From: Bacteroidales bacterium
Lineage (GTDB): Bacteria > Bacteroidota > Bacteroidia > Bacteroidales > UBA10428
Direction of reading: 5' to 3'
DNA: 64,000 nucleotides
Assembly (NCBI GenBank): GCA_016938235.1
Contig: JAFGVA010000121.1
Location: 2,198 to 66,197, forward strand
The notes under the pieces were generated by a model that was given only the letters and a program-made list of their open reading frames with translations, had not been told where the DNA came from and did not search any database. Shown here one piece after another: positions 59,084-64,000 of this stretch. Position numbers and translations under genes: made by a program. The first letter of the stretch is position 1. Each line of letters starts with the position of its first letter.

Positions 59084-59611
59084 ATGCCTTCAAAAGTGGC
59101 TTTTTTACTTCCGGTTATATCCCTTTTCTATTTTTTTCAAACTGCTTTCAGGAGACAAATAAAGATATACATCAGACTGCCTCTGGCAATGGTGGCTTTT
59201 GTGGTTGTATTGTTTGATTTGTTTGTATCACTGGTGTTTTATTTCAATTGTCTTGATTTGGGAAATCGTTTAGGTACACAAAACTGCATAAACTCGATTT
59301 ACCCGACACTTGACTTTATGCTGATGATTTTTTTTTCGATGGGTTTGTTGCTGGCGGCTACTTTTGAGCTCAGGAAGTCCTGGAAATTGAAAAACTATGC
59401 ATTTAGTACGTTGGTCATATACATAGGCGTACTTTTCCGCTTGTTTGTTCTGGTAGGCGCAGCAGAAGCAATTTCGTTAACCGGAGCAGCTTCAAGTCCA
59501 ATCGTTTTTGAAGTATTTTCTGTTGTAGTTGTCTATGGACTGGTGTCGGCAGTTATATATTTAATGATATATTCAGTAGGATTCCTTAAACCTCAAACTC
59601 CTCCCCAATAG
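59084..59611 (+). CDS. Hypothetical membrane protein (~5 TM)
   Basis: 175-aa hydrophobic ORF preceded by a TATATTTG -7 element at 59054-59061. Confidence 0.6.
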   Translation: MPSKVAFLLPVISLFYFFQTAFRRQIKIYIRLPLAMVAFVVVLFDLFVSLVFYFNCLDLGNRLGTQNCINSIYPTLDFMLMIFFSMGLLLAATFELRKSWKLKNYAFSTLVIYIGVLFRLFVLVGAAEAISLTGAASSPIVFEVFSVVVVYGLVSAVIYLMIYSVGFLKPQTPPQ

Positions 59612-60986
59612 CAGGAATGGTAATATTTTCCAATCCTTCTGACTGCAAATGGTTCTTGTAATTTTGCTGTACGTCAAAATCGCCATGAACAAGGAAGGTT
59701 TGCTTAATTTTATTAAAATCCTGGAATTTGAGAAATTCGGTCATTTCTTTATAATCGCCATGACCACTGAATGAATCTATTCTCTGAATGTCGGCTTGAA
59801 CCAGATAGCGGTTGCCGTGTATTGATACTGAGGGTTCGCCCCGTAAAATTCTGGCTCCCAGGGTTGCCGGAGCACAATATCCAACAGCCAGAATGGTGTT
59901 TCTTGAATCAGAGATCGTATTGGCCAGGTGGTGTTTTACCCTACCGGCTTCCATCATACCCGATGCAGAAATTATAATTATAGGTTTTTTAATTGTATTC
60001 AGTTTCTTCGAATTCTGGTGGCTGGTAATATAGTGCAGCGTGTTAAATCCAAAGGGATCAGGGTCTGTTTCCATTACTTCCATTACATCGTTGTTAAAAC
60101 ACTCGGGGTGCATCCGGAAAACATTGGTGGCGTTTACAGCCAGCGGACTGTCAACATAAACCGGGATTTTTGGTAAAAGCCTGTCGTTATAAAGGTTGTT
60201 AAGTGAATATACAATTTCCTGTGTTCTGCCTACACTGAAAGAAGGAATCACGAGCTTACCACTTTTCACTACACAAGTTTCGTTTACAACTTTTAACAGG
60301 GTTTCTTCGGCTTCTTTTGTTGTTGAGTGCAGCCTGTCGCCATAAGTTGCTTCGGTAATAAGAATATCGGTCTGAGGGAAAATTTGAGGTGATTTTAAGA
60401 TACGGTTTGTTGGCCGGCCTATGTCACCGGTATACGCTATTCGTTTAATTTCACCTTTATCTTTTATGGCAATATTTGCTACACCGCTGCCCAACATGTG
60501 ACCTGTATTTGTAAATTTTACGTTGACATTATCGTCTATTCTTAGTTTCCGGTCGTAGGCAATACCTATAAAAAGTTCCATGCATGCTATTGCATCAGCT
60601 TTGGTATAGAGTGGTTCAACAGGAGGTTGGCCACGCTGAGCTCTTTTTTTGTTGAAGGTATGCGTATCATATTCCTGAATATGTCCGGAATCTGCCAGCA
60701 TTATAGCACATAAATCGCGTGTAGCATTGGTACAAATTACAGATCCCCTGAAGCCAAGTTTATAGATATAAGGGATTAAACCGGAGTGGTCAATATGCGC
60801 ATGGGTTAAAATTAAGTGGTCGATTTCAGGAGGATCAAAGCCCAGTTTCTTATTTAAATCGGCTGTTTCCAAACCTTTCCCCTGGTACATTCCGCAATCC
60901 AAAAGAATTTTTTTACCCTGCTCGGTGATAATCAGGTGTTTGCTGCCTGTTACTTCGCGTGCAGCACCCAGAAATTTTATACGCAT
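59586..60986 (-). CDS. MBL-fold / beta-CASP RNA-processing metallo-hydrolase
   Basis: GAAREVTGS, THAHIDHSG, GHMLGS, TGDIG, EATYG, FSVGRTQE, FSGHGD, LVHG. Confidence 0.92.
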   Translation of the reverse strand: MRIKFLGAAREVTGSKHLIITEQGKKILLDCGMYQGKGLETADLNKKLGFDPPEIDHLILTHAHIDHSGLIPYIYKLGFRGSVICTNATRDLCAIMLADSGHIQEYDTHTFNKKRAQRGQPPVEPLYTKADAIACMELFIGIAYDRKLRIDDNVNVKFTNTGHMLGSGVANIAIKDKGEIKRIAYTGDIGRPTNRILKSPQIFPQTDILITEATYGDRLHSTTKEAEETLLKVVNETCVVKSGKLVIPSFSVGRTQEIVYSLNNLYNDRLLPKIPVYVDSPLAVNATNVFRMHPECFNNDVMEVMETDPDPFGFNTLHYITSHQNSKKLNTIKKPIIIISASGMMEAGRVKHHLANTISDSRNTILAVGYCAPATLGARILRGEPSVSIHGNRYLVQADIQRIDSFSGHGDYKEMTEFLKFQDFNKIKQTFLVHGDFDVQQNYKNHLQSEGLENITIPAIGEEFEV

Positions 60987-61074
60987 AACAATTATTTTGA
61001 GATACTATCTCAACAAAGCTAATAGAAAAAAGATAATATGCTAATTCAAGTTATTCAGCTTTTATGAATAATAC

Positions 61075-61113
61075 AAAAAAAACCGTCATACCTCTGTCCA
61101 GAGCATGACGGTT
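61075..61113 (-). terminator. Intrinsic terminator after yceI
   Basis: AACCGTCAT / ATGACGGTT stem with inner CTCTG/CAGAG; T-run on the minus strand. Confidence 0.75.
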
Positions 61114-61135
61114 CATTTAATCTAAAAATGTATAT

Positions 61136-61702
61136 TTATTTGACTACTACTTTTACTTTCATGGTAAAATCATCATGAATAGCCTTATCGCCAAGGTTGT
61201 CAAAGAAAGATTTTGAACCATACCGCACATCATATTTCGAACGGTCAACAGTTATTTTGGCGCTGTAATTTTCACCATCTCTTTTAACTGTAAACTCTAT
61301 CGGATGGGTTTTTCCTTTGATGGTTAAATCTCCTGAAACTTTTGCCTCGTTGTTTGAAAAAGTCGAACTTTTTTTGATAACCAGTTCCGATGTCGGATAT
61401 TTTTCCACACCGAAGAAATCATCGGATTTCAGGTGACCAACCAGTTTTTCGTTCCATTCACCTTCGAGGTCGCTGTTTGTTATTGTTGTCATATCAATGA
61501 CGAATTTACCACTTGCAATATTATTGTCTTTAACAACAAAATTGCCTTCTTTTAAAGATATATTACCGTAGTGTTCACCACCAACTTTTTTTCCTTTCCA
61601 TTCTAAGGATGATTTTTCAGGGTCAACAGTAAATTCTTGTGCTGATATTGATGTTGCAATTATTGTAGCAACAACAATTGAAAATAGGTTTAATTTTCTC
61701 AT
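61136..61702 (-). CDS. YceI family (lipid/polyisoprenoid-binding) protein
   Basis: Signal peptide from MRKLNLF; S.L.W.G.K, HLKSDDFF..EKYP, G.LTIKG, DRSKYDVRYGS. Confidence 0.88.
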   Translation of the reverse strand: MRKLNLFSIVVATIIATSISAQEFTVDPEKSSLEWKGKKVGGEHYGNISLKEGNFVVKDNNIASGKFVIDMTTITNSDLEGEWNEKLVGHLKSDDFFGVEKYPTSELVIKKSSTFSNNEAKVSGDLTIKGKTHPIEFTVKRDGENYSAKITVDRSKYDVRYGSKSFFDNLGDKAIHDDFTMKVKVVVK

Positions 61703-61741
61703 TGTATTAAAATTTAAGTTAGTATTCAATTTTTGTTTTAT

Positions 61742-62452
61742 TTATTCAGGTACTTCAATATTCAAAATGTGGGCATCTTTTTTTGCGTGTATCTCAAACT
61801 TTCCGACATTGTTTATGCCAATTGCATCACGTTTTCCAAGTTTACTTCCATTTACAGAAACTTCTCCATCGATTACAAACAGGTAAGAGCCATAGGAACT
61901 TTCTTTTAGGGAATATTCCAAGGTTTTGCCTTCCGACAGAAATGTTCTTGAAATTTGTGCATCCTGATGGATGTGAAGTGTTCCTTCTTCGTCTTTTGTT
62001 ACCAGTTTCTGCCATTGGTTAAAAGCGCCTGTTTTATCAAATTCCACCTGATCGTATGTGGGTTTGATGTTTTTCTCTTTTGGGAAAATCCATATTTGCA
62101 GCAGTGATAAATGACTTTCTTTGCTGGCATTATACTCTTCATGAAAGATGCCGGTTCCTGCACTCATTACCTGAACTTCTCCAGCTTTAATAATCTCTTC
62201 GTTTCCCATGGAATCGCGGTGTAAAACTCCACCCTCTAAAGGAATGGTGATAATCTCCATATTATCATGAGGGTGTCTTCCGAAACCCTCACCGGGATGA
62301 ATAATATCATCGTTTAGTACCCTCAAGGCACCAAAATTGACTCTATCAGGGTCGTAATAATGTGCGAAACTAAAAGAGTGGTGTGTATTCAGCCATCCGT
62401 GATTAAAATGCCCTCTCGTATTGGCTTTATGTAATATGGTTTGCATAATCAA
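61742..62452 (-). CDS. Pirin family protein
   Basis: RGHFNHGWL, FGALRVLNDD, GF.RHPH.NMEI, MSAGTGI.H.E, QIWIFP. Confidence 0.92.
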   Translation of the reverse strand: MIMQTILHKANTRGHFNHGWLNTHHSFSFAHYYDPDRVNFGALRVLNDDIIHPGEGFGRHPHDNMEIITIPLEGGVLHRDSMGNEEIIKAGEVQVMSAGTGIFHEEYNASKESHLSLLQIWIFPKEKNIKPTYDQVEFDKTGAFNQWQKLVTKDEEGTLHIHQDAQISRTFLSEGKTLEYSLKESSYGSYLFVIDGEVSVNGSKLGKRDAIGINNVGKFEIHAKKDAHILNIEVPE

Positions 62453-62464
62453 AATGTTTTAATG

Positions 62465-62530
62465 CAAAACTAGATCAAAGCAGCAAGTGCCTCAATGGAA
62501 AAAACAGGGCTTTTGTTGTAAAAATCCGGG
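62465..62530 (-). promoter_or_regulatory. pirin-yceI promoter with 21-bp-spaced direct repeat (putative AraC site)
   Basis: Minus-strand TAGTTTTG at 62465-62472. Plus-strand TGGAAAAAACAGGG at 62496-62509 and TGTAAAAATCCGGG at 62517-62530. Confidence 0.5.
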
Positions 62531-62580
62531 ATGGATGTTAAGGATACGTTAAAAGGGAGTTACAACGAATTATTGGCTAA

Positions 62581-63477
62581 TTAAATAAGACTTTTTTCTA
62601 ACGAAGATTTGAATTCACTAAAAGGCTGCCCTTCTGCAGATTTAAAAAATTTACTGAAATGCGAAGGATCTTCAAAACCAATTTGAAACGCAATTTCTTT
62701 TGTTGAGAGCTGTGTGTGAATACCTAATCGCTTTGCTTCAAGAATCAACCTGTTTTGAATGAATTCTTTAGCTGTTTTACCAATGGTTGTTTTAATCACG
62801 TTATTCAGATAGTCGGGGGTTATATTCATTTCACCGGCATATTCACTTACTTTATGCCATTTCGGATAATGGATTTCTACCAGGGTTTTGAATTCCTTCA
62901 AAATATTTCTACCCGATTCGTATACCTGTAAATTAATCATGTTATTTTCCGGTAGATGCTTATTGCATTCCACCAGGAATATCTTCAAATAAGAGCCAAG
63001 TAAATCTTCTCTAAAAGCGTTATTATCGTGAAAATGTTTCTGAATTTCAACAACAATTTTGTTGAGCTGTTCTGCCGCCTTACTATCGATGGTTAATGGT
63101 GGTGTTGCTGCAGAATCGGAGAATAAGCCCAGGTTGGTTAAAAACGATTCATCGATGTTGTTTTTATGGATAAATTCAGGCGTAAACATGATAACATAAC
63201 CTTCGGGTTCGCCAAAGGTTATTACCTGGTGCACCTGTCCGGGGGTTACAAAAAATATGTAATTAGGTTTTATGGGGTATTCTACATAATCGATATAGTG
63301 GAGCCCACAAACTTTCTTTGCCCATAAAATAGTATAGTATTCATGCCGGTGCGGAACATCGGGTTCATTCCCTTTTAATAAGTATATCTCTTCCATGGTT
63401 CTAAAAGCGAACGAAACTTGTTCGTCTTGATGAACCAAATCGAGGGAAGGTATATGATTATTACCTGAAATTTGCAT
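62581..63477 (-). CDS. AraC family transcriptional regulator
   Basis: Cupin PHRHEYY..PGQVH; HTH V.EYA..M.ITP.YLN, KEIAF.IGF.DPSHFSKFFK. Confidence 0.92.
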   Translation of the reverse strand: MQISGNNHIPSLDLVHQDEQVSFAFRTMEEIYLLKGNEPDVPHRHEYYTILWAKKVCGLHYIDYVEYPIKPNYIFFVTPGQVHQVITFGEPEGYVIMFTPEFIHKNNIDESFLTNLGLFSDSAATPPLTIDSKAAEQLNKIVVEIQKHFHDNNAFREDLLGSYLKIFLVECNKHLPENNMINLQVYESGRNILKEFKTLVEIHYPKWHKVSEYAGEMNITPDYLNNVIKTTIGKTAKEFIQNRLILEAKRLGIHTQLSTKEIAFQIGFEDPSHFSKFFKSAEGQPFSEFKSSLEKSLI

Positions 63478-63533
63478 ACCTCAGTAACACGGAAACCTTA
63501 AAAAGGTTAAGATGCGGTGGTGAAAAACAGAAT

Positions 63534-64000
63534 TTATTCGTTTATTATGATGTTGTTTTTCGCAGCATTTATGCTTATAGCCTCTTTAATCTTTTTAAGA
63601 GTTGAATAATTTATTTTTGCCAGAGATACGGTGCTTTGAATATCAATAGTGTTATTAAAAATTATTTTATTCGATTTGAATTCTACAGATTTTATACTTA
63701 CCCAGTCGAACCGATCTTCTTTTTCATAAATAGCTGGCTTATATAAAAAGCTTTTATCATCAACCTGAATATATGCCTTGCCCAAAAGACTCTCAAACGG
63801 GAATCCCAAGCCACCTGAAATATGCACGATTCCATTGAGTAATAAAATCCCGGTCATAACAAAATCAAACCAGGTAGATTCCGGATTACCAATAAGTTTG
63901 TTAAAAACCCAAAAGAAAGTAATTACAACGAAGATGACCCCAATTACAACTCTGTAGGTTGATTTATGTTTGATTTTAAGCAGATCAATCTGGTATTCCA
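63534..64000 (-). CDS. Hypothetical membrane protein (5'-partial; ATG probably at 64001)
   Basis: The frame is open to the window end: (M)EYQIDLLKIKHKSTYRVVIGVIFVVITFFWVF... Two TM segments precede a soluble YcxB/PH-like tail. Confidence 0.6.
   Translation of the reverse strand, partial: EYQIDLLKIKHKSTYRVVIGVIFVVITFFWVFNKLIGNPESTWFDFVMTGILLLNGIVHISGGLGFPFESLLGKAYIQVDDKSFLYKPAIYEKEDRFDWVSIKSVEFKSNKIIFNNTIDIQSTVSLAKINYSTLKKIKEAISINAAKNNIIINE

Noticed and set aside
1-64000. CRISPR array, tRNA/rRNA, prophage, intact transposase or defence system
   Set aside because: No regularly spaced repeats, cloverleaf or rRNA signatures, or phage, integrase or nuclease genes were recognised by eye.

Overview
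AT-rich chromosomal window from a Bacteroidota bacterium, probably an anaerobic or facultative free-living Bacteroidales/Marinilabiliales-like organism. Supporting evidence: type IX secretion (T9SS) substrates, a PorP/SprF gene, gldD/gldE, TAnnTTTG promoters, 2-oxoacid:ferredoxin oxidoreductase and hemerythrin. Most of the window is housekeeping and metabolic genes: korAB, dsbD, rng, HU, mutY, ssb, ychF, tkt, folE, gdhA, a thr operon, fabD and two hsp20. No rRNA, tRNA, CRISPR array or intact transposase was seen. Items not visible in the ORF track: (1) a PorP gene broken by a 1-bp frameshift beside its type-B T9SS substrate, which has an in-frame TGA at a conserved aromatic position; (2) a 29-aa ribosomal protein bS22; (3) a probable ~170-nt sRNA with sigma54-like and sigma70-like promoters whose 3' module resembles the hsp20 3' end; (4) a long structured leader before ychF-crcB; (5) paired ATGA-N5-ATCA boxes, 32 bp apart, upstream of both korAB and gdhA; (6) a PafA-like phosphatase that has lost its catalytic residues; (7) a lipid cluster resembling an acyl-DHAP pathway; (8) a T9SS-tagged DUF362 protein; (9) a 115-bp MITE-like element; (10) a deletion fusing Crp and flavodoxin remnants. 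All family calls come from motif recognition by eye; no database search was run.
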